A DNA stretch of 64,000 nt, taken from contig CAWFFU010000004.1 in NCBI GenBank assembly GCA_963815215.1, positions 96,001 to 160,000 of the forward strand, read 5' to 3'. The notes beneath the pieces are model-generated. The model saw only the letters and a list, made by a program, of their open reading frames with translations. It was not told where the DNA came from and searched no databases. Shown here in pieces: positions 15,970 through 24,917 of this stretch (positions are counted from its first letter, which is position 1; every line of letters starts with the position of its first letter). Both the position numbers and the translations under genes were made by a program. This DNA comes from an uncultured Trueperaceae bacterium (GTDB lineage Bacteria; Deinococcota; Deinococci; Deinococcales; Trueperaceae).

Positions 15970-16010
15970 GCCCCCCACCCGTATCCCGGGATCCGACCTA
16001 GGAGGTCCAC

Positions 16011-16154
16011 ATGAACACCTACATGCTCGTACAGTTCACCCGCGCCCGTGCCGGCCAGCTCCGGCGCGAGCCCAACGCCGAGCGCCTGCGCCGCGCCGGC
16101 TATGCCGACGGTGAGCGCGTGCCCCGCATCGCGCGCCACTGGGCCAACCGCTAG
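16011..16154 (+). CDS. Small protein, 47 aa (MNTYMLVQFTRARAGQLRREPNAERLRRAG...)
   Basis: SD AGGAGG-5-ATG, GC3-rich codons and TAG stop. N-terminus resembles the next ORF. Confidence 0.65.
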   Translation: MNTYMLVQFTRARAGQLRREPNAERLRRAGYADGERVPRIARHWANR

Positions 16155-16223
16155 AGCGCCGCACCGTTTTGCGCGCGCGGCGCCGAAGCGGAGGCCGGCA
16201 ACGGACGCCCTGAGGAGGGCAGC

Positions 16224-16478
16224 ATGAACGGATGGTTGTATGGCGCCACCGTCGCCGCACGCGACCGGATGAACGACTACCGACGCCAGGCTGAGGATGC
16301 CCGGGCGCTACGCCTGGCCCGCGAGCGCGGAGGCATCGCCGACCGCGGGTGGGTCCTGGCCCGACGCCGGGCCGCGAGCGCCCTGCACGGCCTCGCCGAC
16401 GTCGTGGCTCCGCGGACGACCCACGGTTCCGACGCGCTGCATCGCAGCCGGGAGGCCGGAGGACGGCCGATCGCCTGA
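16224..16478 (+). CDS. Small protein, 84 aa (MNGWLYGATVAARDRMNDYRRQAEDARALRLAR...)
   Basis: SD GAGGAGG, an Arg/Ala-rich helix and a downstream hairpin. Confidence 0.65.
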   Translation: MNGWLYGATVAARDRMNDYRRQAEDARALRLARERGGIADRGWVLARRRAASALHGLADVVAPRTTHGSDALHRSREAGGRPIA

Positions 16479-16532
16479 GGCAGGGCCTCGTCGTCCCGGT
16501 CCGGCCGGGAGTGACGGGGCACGAACGGCGAC

Positions 16533-16574
16533 GTGAGCGGGCCCGCAGCCTTTCGAGGCTGCGGGCCCGCTCAC
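16533..16574. terminator. Perfect 18-bp hairpin between convergent genes
   Basis: GTGAGCGGGCCCGCAGCC-TTTCGA-GGCTGCGGGCCCGCTCAC. Confidence 0.75.
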
Positions 16575-16598
16575 GGGGAGGGAGGGAGTCGGGGGGTC

Positions 16599-16868
16599 TC
16601 AGCCGCGGTCGTTCATCAGCCGCCCCAACCAGAACGAACGCGTCGGGAAGGCGGCGAAGGGGTTGTCGATGCGAACGGGCTCGCCGTGGAAACGGCGCAG
16701 CATGGCTTCCACCTGCGCCAGCTCCAGCTCGGCCGATGGCGCCGGCGCAGGAGCGCGTCCCGCGATCCGGCCCGTGACGCGTCGCGGGTACGAGCGTTCG
16801 GGAGCGCGTTCGCTCACGGGCAGCGGCATCCCGGCCAGCGTGCGAAGAACGGAGGGAAGCGACCTCAT
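16599..16868 (-). CDS. Hypothetical protein (89 aa)
   Basis: Leaderless TACCCT-6-ATG. Ends just before the shared hairpin. Confidence 0.55.
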   Translation of the reverse strand: MRSLPSVLRTLAGMPLPVSERAPERSYPRRVTGRIAGRAPAPAPSAELELAQVEAMLRRFHGEPVRIDNPFAAFPTRSFWLGRLMNDRG

Positions 16869-16973
16869 GAGCGCAGGGTAGAGCGCGACTCCTTTCGGTT
16901 CTCTTACCCGGGCCGGGAGAGCGGCCGCACCGCGTCGCGATCCGTGCCGATGGAGTCGGGGACGCGCCGCCGG

Positions 16974-17828
16974 TCACGACAGCGCCAGCAGGGCGACGCC
17001 CACGACCATCCCGAGCGCCCCTGCCAGGCGCCTCGATCCCTGCCCTTCGGCCAGCAGCCTCGTTCCCATCAGGGTCCCGACCAGGATGCTGATCTCGCGC
17101 GCCGGCGCCACCAGGCTGATAGGCGTGAAGGTCATGGCGGTGAGGACCAGGATGTAGGCCAGTGGGCTCAACACGGCGATGCCCCAGGCCGCCCCGCGGC
17201 TGTCACGCCAGGCCCGCGCCACCGCAGCACGCCCGCGCCACGCCAACGGGGCCAGCAGCAGCGCGCGCCCGGCCTCCGAGAGGTAGCTGTACAGAAGCGG
17301 TGACGCCCCCAGATGAGCCACCGCATACCCGTCCCAGACGGTATACCCACCGATGAACACGCCCGTCGTGAGGCCGTAGAACAGCGCCGGACGACCGGCT
17401 CCGCCGCGCGCGCCACCCCCCGTGAGCACGAACACGCTCAGCACCACCAGGGCCCCGCCGGCGAGCCCCAACGGACCGGGCCGCTCGCCCAGCACGGTGA
17501 TCGCCAGCAGCGCCGCCAGCGCCGGCCCGCTGCCGCGCGCCAGCGGATACACCAGCGACAGGTCGCCCACCCGGTAGCCGCGTTGCAGGGTCACGAAGTA
17601 GGCGACGTGGATGAGGCTGCTCACCGCAGCGAAGCCCACCACGACGGGGCGCAGCGTCGGGTGCGCCAGCACCGCGTAGACCGCGACCGCCGGCGCGTAG
17701 GCCACCAGGGTGAGGGTGGCGAAGAGCCAGACGAACTCCACGCCCCCCTGCGCGCGCTTGGCCAGCAGGTTCCAGCTCGCGTGGAGCAGCGCGGCGGCGA
17801 GGACGAGGGCCAGGGCGAGGAGCGTCAC
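16974..17828 (-). CDS. DMT/EamA family transporter
   Basis: LHASWNLLAK, GDLSLVYPLARG and VAPAREISI, about 10 TM segments. GTG start at 17828. Confidence 0.9.
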   Translation of the reverse strand: MTLLALALVLAAALLHASWNLLAKRAQGGVEFVWLFATLTLVAYAPAVAVYAVLAHPTLRPVVVGFAAVSSLIHVAYFVTLQRGYRVGDLSLVYPLARGSGPALAALLAITVLGERPGPLGLAGGALVVLSVFVLTGGGARGGAGRPALFYGLTTGVFIGGYTVWDGYAVAHLGASPLLYSYLSEAGRALLLAPLAWRGRAAVARAWRDSRGAAWGIAVLSPLAYILVLTAMTFTPISLVAPAREISILVGTLMGTRLLAEGQGSRRLAGALGMVVGVALLALS

Positions 17829-17851
17829 GCGCCGTCGCCGCGGCCGGGGGC

Positions 17852-18310
17852 CTAGGCTTCCTCCTCCAAGCTGCGTGCCAGGTACGCCTCCAGGTCGGCG
17901 TGCTCCGCGCGCAGCACGGTCTCGACCCAGGCGTCGCGCTCGAAGGCCAGCAGCCGCAGGTCCCAGACGTCGGCGGAGAGCTCGGAGCCGGACACCGGCT
18001 CGAGCAGGAAGCTCCCGCTCGACGGCCGCATGTAGGTCTGCGACCGCAGCTCCGTCTCGTAGGCCCAGTGGGCGACGGTGACGAAGTCGTAGCTCGAGCC
18101 CTGGTGCACGGCGATGAAGCCCACCCCGTAGCGGTCGGGGGTGCTCGCCGGTTGCGGCAGCGATGCCAGCGCGGTGTCGCGTGCGGCCTGCAGCAGCGCG
18201 TCGAGGGGCTCCTTGCTGTGGTGAAGGATGTTGTAGACCTTCAGCCGCCACCCCTTCGCCTGCTCGAGCCCGACGAAGCGGATGCGGCGGGGACGGTAGG
18301 GAACCTCCAT
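17852..18310 (-). CDS. Conserved hypothetical protein
   Basis: Leaderless TAAGAT-6-ATG. Globular-looking sequence (WRLKVY, GFIAVHQG, VWDL.LLAFERDAW). Function unknown. Confidence 0.7.
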   Translation of the reverse strand: MEVPYRPRRIRFVGLEQAKGWRLKVYNILHHSKEPLDALLQAARDTALASLPQPASTPDRYGVGFIAVHQGSSYDFVTVAHWAYETELRSQTYMRPSSGSFLLEPVSGSELSADVWDLRLLAFERDAWVETVLRAEHADLEAYLARSLEEEA

Positions 18311-18361
18311 GCCGCCATCTTACGGGGTCCGCCGCCTCCGTCGACTGGCATACTACGGGGC

Positions 18362-19009
18362 ATGGCCAGCATCGTCGCACTCTACGCGGGTCGGATCGAG
18401 ACCCGGCAACTGGCGGGCCGTGAGGCTGCCACCGCGATCGGCAAGACGCCCGCGCACGGGCCTGTGCGGCTGGGCACGCTGGGGCTGGAGGGCGACCAGC
18501 AGGCGGACACCAAGAACCACGGCGGTCCCGACCGGGCCGTGTGCGTCTACGCCGACGAGCGCTACCCGTACTGGGAGGAGCGTCTGGGGCGGCCGCTGCG
18601 GACCCCGGCGTTCGGGGAGAACGCGCGCGTGACAGGGCGCCTCGAGGAGGACGTGGTGCTGGGTGAGGTGTGGCGGGTGGGGGGCGTCCGGCTGCAGGTC
18701 ACCGAGCCGCGCGTGCCGTGCTGGACGCCGGCCGCCCTCAACGGCGAGCTGCAGCTCACGGCGTGGATGTCCCAGACGGGTTACACCGGCTACCTGCTGC
18801 GAGTGCTGCAGGAGGGCGCGCTCGAGCCCGGCGCCGAGATCGAGGTGGTCGATCGTCCCCCGCAGCCGCTCTCGGTGATGGAGCTCAACCGGCTGTACTT
18901 CCGCGATCGCGACGACGTCGAGGGCCTGCGGCGGGCCCTGGCCTGCGACGGGCTGCTGCCCGACTGGCGTGGGCTGCTCGAGGAGCAGCTCGACCGCGCC
19001 GGCGGCTGA
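18362..19009 (+). CDS. MOSC domain protein (YiiM-like)
   Basis: TAIGK, GLEGDQQAD..NHGG.DRAV, AFGEN, VTEPR.PC and GY.LRVL..G, plus a C-terminal 3-helix domain. Confidence 0.9.
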   Translation: MASIVALYAGRIETRQLAGREAATAIGKTPAHGPVRLGTLGLEGDQQADTKNHGGPDRAVCVYADERYPYWEERLGRPLRTPAFGENARVTGRLEEDVVLGEVWRVGGVRLQVTEPRVPCWTPAALNGELQLTAWMSQTGYTGYLLRVLQEGALEPGAEIEVVDRPPQPLSVMELNRLYFRDRDDVEGLRRALACDGLLPDWRGLLEEQLDRAGG

Positions 19010-19127
19010 GCGCCGGCACGCCGCACCGGCACGCCGCAGCGTCGACGGCAACGGCGTCCAACGGCAGCTCCCGTTCACGAGAACGCCCCGCAGGGCGGGC
19101 CTGCGGGGCGCGGAACGCGAACGAAGC

Positions 19128-20081
19128 TCAGTCGACGTAGGTCAGCCAGGAGTCGAAGACATCGAGGCGGCCGTGGACCACGTCGAGGTAGGTCTTGCGC
19201 ATGGTGAGCGCGTACTCCCCGGCCACGCCGTCGCCGATGGGGCGGCGATCGATCGAGGCCACCGGTGTCACCTCGGCCGCCGTACCCACCATGAACACCT
19301 CGTCGGCGGTGTAGAGCTCGTCGCGCGTCGCCATGGTGCTCTGCACCTCGGTGCCCATCCACTCGGCGATCCGGATCACGGTGTCGCGGGTGATGCCGCG
19401 CAGGTTGACGGAGTGCGCGATGGGGTAGAGGACGCCGTCCCGGACCATGAAGAGGTTCTCGCCCGAGCCCTCGGCCACGAACCCTTGCTTGTCGAGCAGC
19501 AGCGCTTCGTCGTAACCGTTGGCCCTCGCCTCCTGATTGGCCAGCACCGAGTTCACGTAGTTGCCGCCGGCCTTCGCCTTGGTCGGCAGGATGTCGCCCG
19601 AGCTGCGGCGCCACGAGCTCGTCATCAGCGCCACGCCCTTCTGCACGCCCTCGTCGCCCAGGTAGGTACCCCAGGGCATGGTCGCCACCATGAAGTGCAC
19701 GCGGTTGCGGCCCGGGTTCACGCCCAGCGACTCGGAGCCGTACCAGAACAGCGGGCGGATGTAGCACGACGTGCGCTTGTTGGCGCGGATCGTCTCCAGG
19801 ATGGCGTGGTCGATCTCATCGGCGGTGACCGGCGAACGCATGCCGAGGATCTTGGCGGAGTCGAGCATGCGCCTGGTGTGCTCCGGCAGGCGGAAGACCG
19901 CGGCGCCGCGCTCGGTCTCGTAGGCGCGGATCCCCTCGAACACACTGGTGCCGTAGTGCAGCGCGTGGGTGAGGACCGATACCGTGGCCTCTTCGGGCGC
20001 GACGAGCTTGCCTTCGAACCAGATCTGGCCGGAGTCCACGGCCGAGGTACTGGTGGGTGCGGGTTTGGATGGGACCGCCAT
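19128..20081 (-). CDS. ilvE: Branched-chain amino acid aminotransferase
   Basis: THALHYGTSVFEGIRAY, YIRP, KAGGNY.NS, EGSGENLF, GITRDT and GTAAEVTP. SD AGGAGG. Confidence 0.95.
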   Translation of the reverse strand: MAVPSKPAPTSTSAVDSGQIWFEGKLVAPEEATVSVLTHALHYGTSVFEGIRAYETERGAAVFRLPEHTRRMLDSAKILGMRSPVTADEIDHAILETIRANKRTSCYIRPLFWYGSESLGVNPGRNRVHFMVATMPWGTYLGDEGVQKGVALMTSSWRRSSGDILPTKAKAGGNYVNSVLANQEARANGYDEALLLDKQGFVAEGSGENLFMVRDGVLYPIAHSVNLRGITRDTVIRIAEWMGTEVQSTMATRDELYTADEVFMVGTAAEVTPVASIDRRPIGDGVAGEYALTMRKTYLDVVHGRLDVFDSWLTYVD

Positions 20082-20229
20082 GCGAACCTCCTGGGATGCT
20101 CCGTTCATCATACGGCCCGGCGCCGAACCAGCCTCCGACGCCGAGCGACAACAGGACGCGTGTCGAGCCTGTTCTGAACGGAGCTCGACGCGCCGGCAGG
20201 CGAGGGCCGGGCGCGGGTACACTACCGAC

Positions 20230-21210
20230 ATGGACATCCTGGTGACCGGCGGTGCCGGCTACATCGGCAGCATCACCACCGAGCGGCTGCTGGAGCGCGG
20301 CCATCGTGTGGTCGTCCTCGACAACCTGTCGACCGGCCATCGGGACGCCGTCCCGGACGGGGCGGCCTTCGTGGAGGCGGACGTCGCGGACCCGGACCGG
20401 GTCGGCGCCGCGATCCGGGAACACGGCGTCGAGGCCGCGCTGCACTTCGCCGCGGTATCGCTGGTCGGGGAGTCGATGGAGCGGCCGCTGGCGTATTTCC
20501 GCAACAACACCGCCGGCAGCCTGGCGCTCGTCGAGACCCTGCTGGCGCACGATGTGCGTCGCTTCGTGCTGTCGTCGACCGCGGCGCTGTTCGGCACGCC
20601 CGAGGCCGTGCCCATCCCGGAGGACGCTCCGGTGCGGCCGGAGAGCGTCTACGGCGAGTCGAAGGCCCTCGTCGAGCGCATGCTGCACTGGCTGCAGCGC
20701 ACCGCCGGCCTGGGGTACACCGCGCTGCGGTACTTCAACGCCGCCGGCGCCAGCGACCGGCTGGGGGAGGACCACCGGCCGGAGTCGCACCTGATCCCGC
20801 TGGTGCTGCAGGTGGCGGCCGGGCGGCGCGAGCACATCGCGGTGTTCGGCGACGACTACCCCACGCCGGACGGAACCGCGGTGCGCGACTACGTCCACGT
20901 GCTGGATCTGGCCGAGGCCCACGTGCTGGCCGTGGAGGCGCTGGCGCCGGGCGAGGCGCACGCCTACAACCTCGGCAACGGGCAGGGCTTCTCCGTGCGC
21001 GAGGTCATCGAGGCTTGCCGGAGCGTCACCGGCCAGCCCATCGGCGAACGGCTCGCTCCGCGGCGTGCCGGCGATCCGCCGGTGCTGGTGGCCGATTCCC
21101 GGCGCATCCGCGACGAGCTAGGCTGGCGGCCGGCGCACGCGCGGCTGGAGGCGATGGTGGCGTCGGCGTGGTCATGGGCACAGGCGCACCCGCACGGCTA
21201 CGCTGCCTGA
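20230..21210 (+). CDS. galE: UDP-glucose 4-epimerase
   Basis: ILVTGGAGYIGS, HFAA...GES, YG.SK, LRYFNAAGA, DYPTPDGT.VRDYVHV and RRAGDP. Leaderless TACACT-6-ATG. Confidence 0.95.
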   Translation: MDILVTGGAGYIGSITTERLLERGHRVVVLDNLSTGHRDAVPDGAAFVEADVADPDRVGAAIREHGVEAALHFAAVSLVGESMERPLAYFRNNTAGSLALVETLLAHDVRRFVLSSTAALFGTPEAVPIPEDAPVRPESVYGESKALVERMLHWLQRTAGLGYTALRYFNAAGASDRLGEDHRPESHLIPLVLQVAAGRREHIAVFGDDYPTPDGTAVRDYVHVLDLAEAHVLAVEALAPGEAHAYNLGNGQGFSVREVIEACRSVTGQPIGERLAPRRAGDPPVLVADSRRIRDELGWRPAHARLEAMVASAWSWAQAHPHGYAA

Positions 21211-21387
21211 AGGAATGCACAAGGCCCGGGTGCCGGTTCTCATCGGTCCGTGTGTTATGACTGTGCGGTCACGGCAGAGCCCGCCGTTAGCGCCCAGGAC
21301 GTAACTCGCTCCGGCGCGCGCGGGCCAGGGAAGGCGGGTGTCCGCTCGCGAGGCGCCATGCTAAGCTGTGCTGATTTGGAGAATGCC

Positions 21388-21990
21388 ATGAGACGACTCG
21401 TGTTCTCGCTCGTGCTGGTGCTGGCGTCGGCGGCGTTCGCCCAACAGAGTGCCGAACTGAGCGGCATCGTGAAGAGCGAACAGACGCTTCCAGATGGAAC
21501 GCGCGTTGCCATCCACGTGGTCGACAACAACAACGTGTGGGGTCTCGAGGTCGCCAGCGTGGCGCCCGTCGGCGGGACCTTCAAGCTCACCGCGAAGCCC
21601 ATCCCCCAGGACCAGCTGCGGCCCTTCCGCAGCGGCGCGGTCCTGCTGCCAGGCCTCCAGAACGAGTACACCGTCAAGCCGGCGGATGCCGGCAGCGGCG
21701 AGGTCAACTTCGCGGTCGGGCGCATCAACATGTACGTCGACAAGAATGGCAACGGCGTGTTCGATCGCGTCACCGATCCGTGGTTCATCGGAGTGCCCAG
21801 CCTGGAGAAGCCGGTCGGCTTCTTCAGCTTGATCTACGTCGATCGCGCCGCCGTGCTGACCGGCGGCGGCACCACCCTCGACCTCCAGAAGGGCTGGAAC
21901 GTCTTCACCGTGCGCTTCCCCGGCGACAAGCCGGTGTACGCGGTGCAGCCGAGCGTCACCGACATCGCCCTGGACGTGTTCCTGCCCTGA
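21388..21990 (+). CDS. Secreted hypothetical protein
   Basis: Signal peptide MRRLVFSLVLVLASAAFA. Contains a DxNxNG Ca-binding-like motif (YVDKNGNGVFD) and LQKGWN. Confidence 0.75.
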   Translation: MRRLVFSLVLVLASAAFAQQSAELSGIVKSEQTLPDGTRVAIHVVDNNNVWGLEVASVAPVGGTFKLTAKPIPQDQLRPFRSGAVLLPGLQNEYTVKPADAGSGEVNFAVGRINMYVDKNGNGVFDRVTDPWFIGVPSLEKPVGFFSLIYVDRAAVLTGGGTTLDLQKGWNVFTVRFPGDKPVYAVQPSVTDIALDVFLP

Positions 21991-22069
21991 GGCCCGGCGC
22001 GCCGGTACAGCGGCACGAGTCCGTGCTCGCCGACAGTCGCGTTGGCGCCCGCCCTGCTAGGCTTGGGCC

Positions 22070-22540
22070 ATGAGCGTCTTCGAGGGGACCTTCCAGGCTT
22101 CCGGCCTGCGCTTCGGCATCGTCGCCAGCCGTTTCAACGATCTCGTCACCCGCAGGTTGCTGGAGGGCGCCCGCGACGGGTTGAGGCGTCACGGCGTCGA
22201 CGATGCCTCCGTCGACGTGGCGTGGGTGCCCGGCGCCGCCGAGATCCCCCTGGCCGCCAAGCGCATGGCCGAGACCGGTCGCTACGCGGCGGTGCTCACG
22301 GTGGGGGCCGTGATCCGGGGCGCCACCAGTCACTACGACGTGGTCTGTTCCATGGTGGCCGGCGGCGTGTCGCGCGCTGCGCTCGATTCGGGCGTGCCGG
22401 TCGTCTTCGGCGTGCTCACCACCGACACGCTGGAGCAGGCGTTGGAGCGCTCCGGGAGCAAGGCCGGCAACAAGGGGTTCGAGGCCGCCATGGCCGCCCT
22501 CGAGATGGCCACCCTGCTCGGCACGCTGGATCAGGGGTAG
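22070..22540 (+). CDS. ribH: 6,7-dimethyl-8-ribityllumazine synthase
   Basis: [34 protein letters not shown] and GNKG. Confidence 0.96.
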   Translation: MSVFEGTFQASGLRFGIVASRFNDLVTRRLLEGARDGLRRHGVDDASVDVAWVPGAAEIPLAAKRMAETGRYAAVLTVGAVIRGATSHYDVVCSMVAGGVSRAALDSGVPVVFGVLTTDTLEQALERSGSKAGNKGFEAAMAALEMATLLGTLDQG

Positions 22541-22583
22541 CGACGCGCCGGCTAGTGGACAGCGGCGCGAGGGGAGGCTGAGC

Positions 22584-23363
22584 ATGGGACGGTTCGGTCT
22601 GGCACAAGTGGCGGTCCTCCTGGCGTACCTCGGCACCGTGGCCGTGAACGCGCTGGCGATCCTCCTGCCGATCGGTGGGAGGACCACGCAGGAGGTCTCC
22701 GCGCTATACCCGGCGTTGTTCGTGCCCGCGGGGTACGTGTTCTCGATCTGGAGCGTGATCTACCTCGGTCTGGCGGTGTATGCCGTGGCGCAGGCGGTGC
22801 CGCCGCTGCTGCGCGACGAGCGGGTGCGCTCGGTGGCCTGGTGGTTCGTGCTGTCCGGCGTGCTGAACAGCGTGTGGCTGGTGCTGTGGCAGACGCTCCG
22901 CATCTACTGGACGGTACCGGTCATGCTGGCGCTGCTGCTCACGCTCATCGTCATCTACCGCGGTCTGCGCGTCGGACGCGGCGCCGGGCGGGCCGAGACC
23001 TGGATGGTCCGCCTGCCCTTCAGCATCTATCTGGGATGGATCAGCGTCGCCACCATCGCCAACGTGAGTGACGCCCTGCTCCATGCGCAGTGGGGTGGCT
23101 GGGGGATCTCCGACGTGGCCTGGGCCGTGATCATGCTGGCGGTCGCCGCCCTGCTCGGCACCGTGATGCTGCTCCGTGAGCGCGACGTTGCCTACGCCCT
23201 GGTGCTGGTCTGGGCGTTCGTGGGGATCGCGGTGGCGCAGCGCCCCGAACCCGTGGTCGCCGGCGCGGCGCTGGCGGCGGCGGCGCTGGTGGCGCTGGCG
23301 ACGCTGGCCTTCGGAGGGCGGCGGCGCTCCGGCGGGCGTTCGTCTTCGCGCCGCGCCGCCTGA
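22584..23363 (+). CDS. TspO/MBR-related tryptophan-rich membrane protein
   Basis: VS..YP.LF.PAGY.FSIW..IY, LN..WL and PFSIYLGWISVA. Multiple TM segments. Confidence 0.75.
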   Translation: MGRFGLAQVAVLLAYLGTVAVNALAILLPIGGRTTQEVSALYPALFVPAGYVFSIWSVIYLGLAVYAVAQAVPPLLRDERVRSVAWWFVLSGVLNSVWLVLWQTLRIYWTVPVMLALLLTLIVIYRGLRVGRGAGRAETWMVRLPFSIYLGWISVATIANVSDALLHAQWGGWGISDVAWAVIMLAVAALLGTVMLLRERDVAYALVLVWAFVGIAVAQRPEPVVAGAALAAAALVALATLAFGGRRRSGGRSSSRRAA

Positions 23364-23417
23364 GGGCGGGCGTTCCCGCAGGTCCGGACGGGCGGGCGGC
23401 GGTATACTCGGGGCGAG

Positions 23418-23801
23418 GTGAGCGAAGAGCCGAAGCACACCTACACCGCGCTGGAGATCGTGCAGGAGTTCTTCCCTGCGACTCCGGCGCGGTTGGTCCC
23501 GCGTGACCATGCCTACCGGCTCGAGCGCGACGGGAGCGGCGACCTGAGGGTGATGGACGCCGCCGGCACGGTCCGACTGCGGATGACGCCGGTGGAACGC
23601 GCCGGCAGGGAGTCGGTCCAGGTGTTCTGCGACCTCTGCCACACCAGCTCGCCGCGTGAACACCTGCACCTGATGCGGTCCGAGGTGCCCGAATCGGCCG
23701 GGCGGCGCTTCCGCTACCTGATGGCCTGTCGCGACACCGACGCCTGTGATGCGCGCCGGTTCGACGACCGCAGCGTCGAGGTCCTGCTCCGCAAGCCCTA
23801 G
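23418..23801 (+). CDS. Small Cys4 zinc-finger protein, FBP_C (FusB C-terminal treble-clef)-like
   Basis: CDLCHT...AGR...ACRDTDAC. A TATACT -10 box precedes the GTG. Confidence 0.55.
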   Translation: MSEEPKHTYTALEIVQEFFPATPARLVPRDHAYRLERDGSGDLRVMDAAGTVRLRMTPVERAGRESVQVFCDLCHTSSPREHLHLMRSEVPESAGRRFRYLMACRDTDACDARRFDDRSVEVLLRKP

Positions 23802-23862
23802 CCGGCCGGCTGCGGCCGCCCCGGTCCCGACAACGGCCCGCTCTCCGCTCGTGCCGCCAGCC

Positions 23863-24678
23863 TCACAGCGTTCGCTGCAGCGCCTTCGTGCGCTCGGGGA
23901 AGCGCTGAGCCAGCCGCGCCTTGTGTGCGTTCTCCCGTGCGATCCAGAGCGCGTCCGGGTCGCCGCTGGCGATCAGCTCATCCAGCAGCGCGAAGCCGGA
24001 ATCCGGCCGGGCGACCGTCACCACGCTCAAGGAGTATCCCAGGGCCTGTCGCAGCGTGCGTACCGCGCTCGAGCTGCGCTCGGTCGACGCCAGCAGGCGC
24101 GCCAGGACGTCGCGGTGCAGGCCCACGGCTGCGTCGGCGAGTTCGGGCACGGCCAGCACCGAGGGCTCGGCCAGCGCAGCCACCACCCCGCGGAGCTCCA
24201 GCGGCCGCCCCTCCCGCACCCAGGCTCGCAGCTCCGTCAGGGTCGGCTCGCGACGCGCCAGCAGCAGGCGCTGCAGCGCCATGGCCGCGGCCTCGCGCAG
24301 GCGCCAGCGAGGATCGCCCGCCGCGTTGCGCGCGATGGCGAGCGCGGACGCCGTCCGCTCGCCGACGACGCACGCCACCGCCGCGGCGCCCAGCGTGCCG
24401 CAGAAGGCCACGAACTCGCCGGGGTCGCCGGTCGGGGCGCGCTGCGCCGACAGGCCGGCCAGAGCGTTGCACAGGTCCCACCAGGGCGCCGGTTCCTGTG
24501 CCGCTCGCTCTGCCACCTCCTCGCCGAAGAGGGCGGCCAGGGCCAGGTTGCTGCGGGGGCCCGGCAGTTGGCTGTACTCCAGCAGCACGCTCCGCACCGG
24601 CGCGTCCGCCAGGGACACGCGATAGTGGTCCAGGGCGGCGTGGAGCGCCGCCGTCTCCGGCCGAGGCCTCGTAGGCAT
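23863..24678 (-). CDS. HEAT-repeat protein
   Basis: SQLPGPRSNL, DPRWRLREAAAMALQ, LRQALGYSLSV and WIAREN. Leaderless CACACT-5-ATG. Confidence 0.75.
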   Translation of the reverse strand: MPTRPRPETAALHAALDHYRVSLADAPVRSVLLEYSQLPGPRSNLALAALFGEEVAERAAQEPAPWWDLCNALAGLSAQRAPTGDPGEFVAFCGTLGAAAVACVVGERTASALAIARNAAGDPRWRLREAAAMALQRLLLARREPTLTELRAWVREGRPLELRGVVAALAEPSVLAVPELADAAVGLHRDVLARLLASTERSSSAVRTLRQALGYSLSVVTVARPDSGFALLDELIASGDPDALWIARENAHKARLAQRFPERTKALQRTL

Positions 24679-24917
24679 GCCTCAGTGTGGCGCTCGGCGG
24701 GCCCGCGGGGGCGCACGCAGATCACCTCGCGCGGCGGTGCCATGAGCTGCCCCCGCGGCGCCGTCGCCACGCCGTGGCAGCGGTGCCGCGATCGCGGCGT
24801 TCCCCGACGCAGGGCAGGGAGCGGGCGAGGGAACTAAGCTGGGCCCAGGCCCGTCGCTCCCACCTGCGGCGCGCCGGTGCGACGCCACACAACGGTGGGG
24901 GAGGGACGGTGCGTCCG

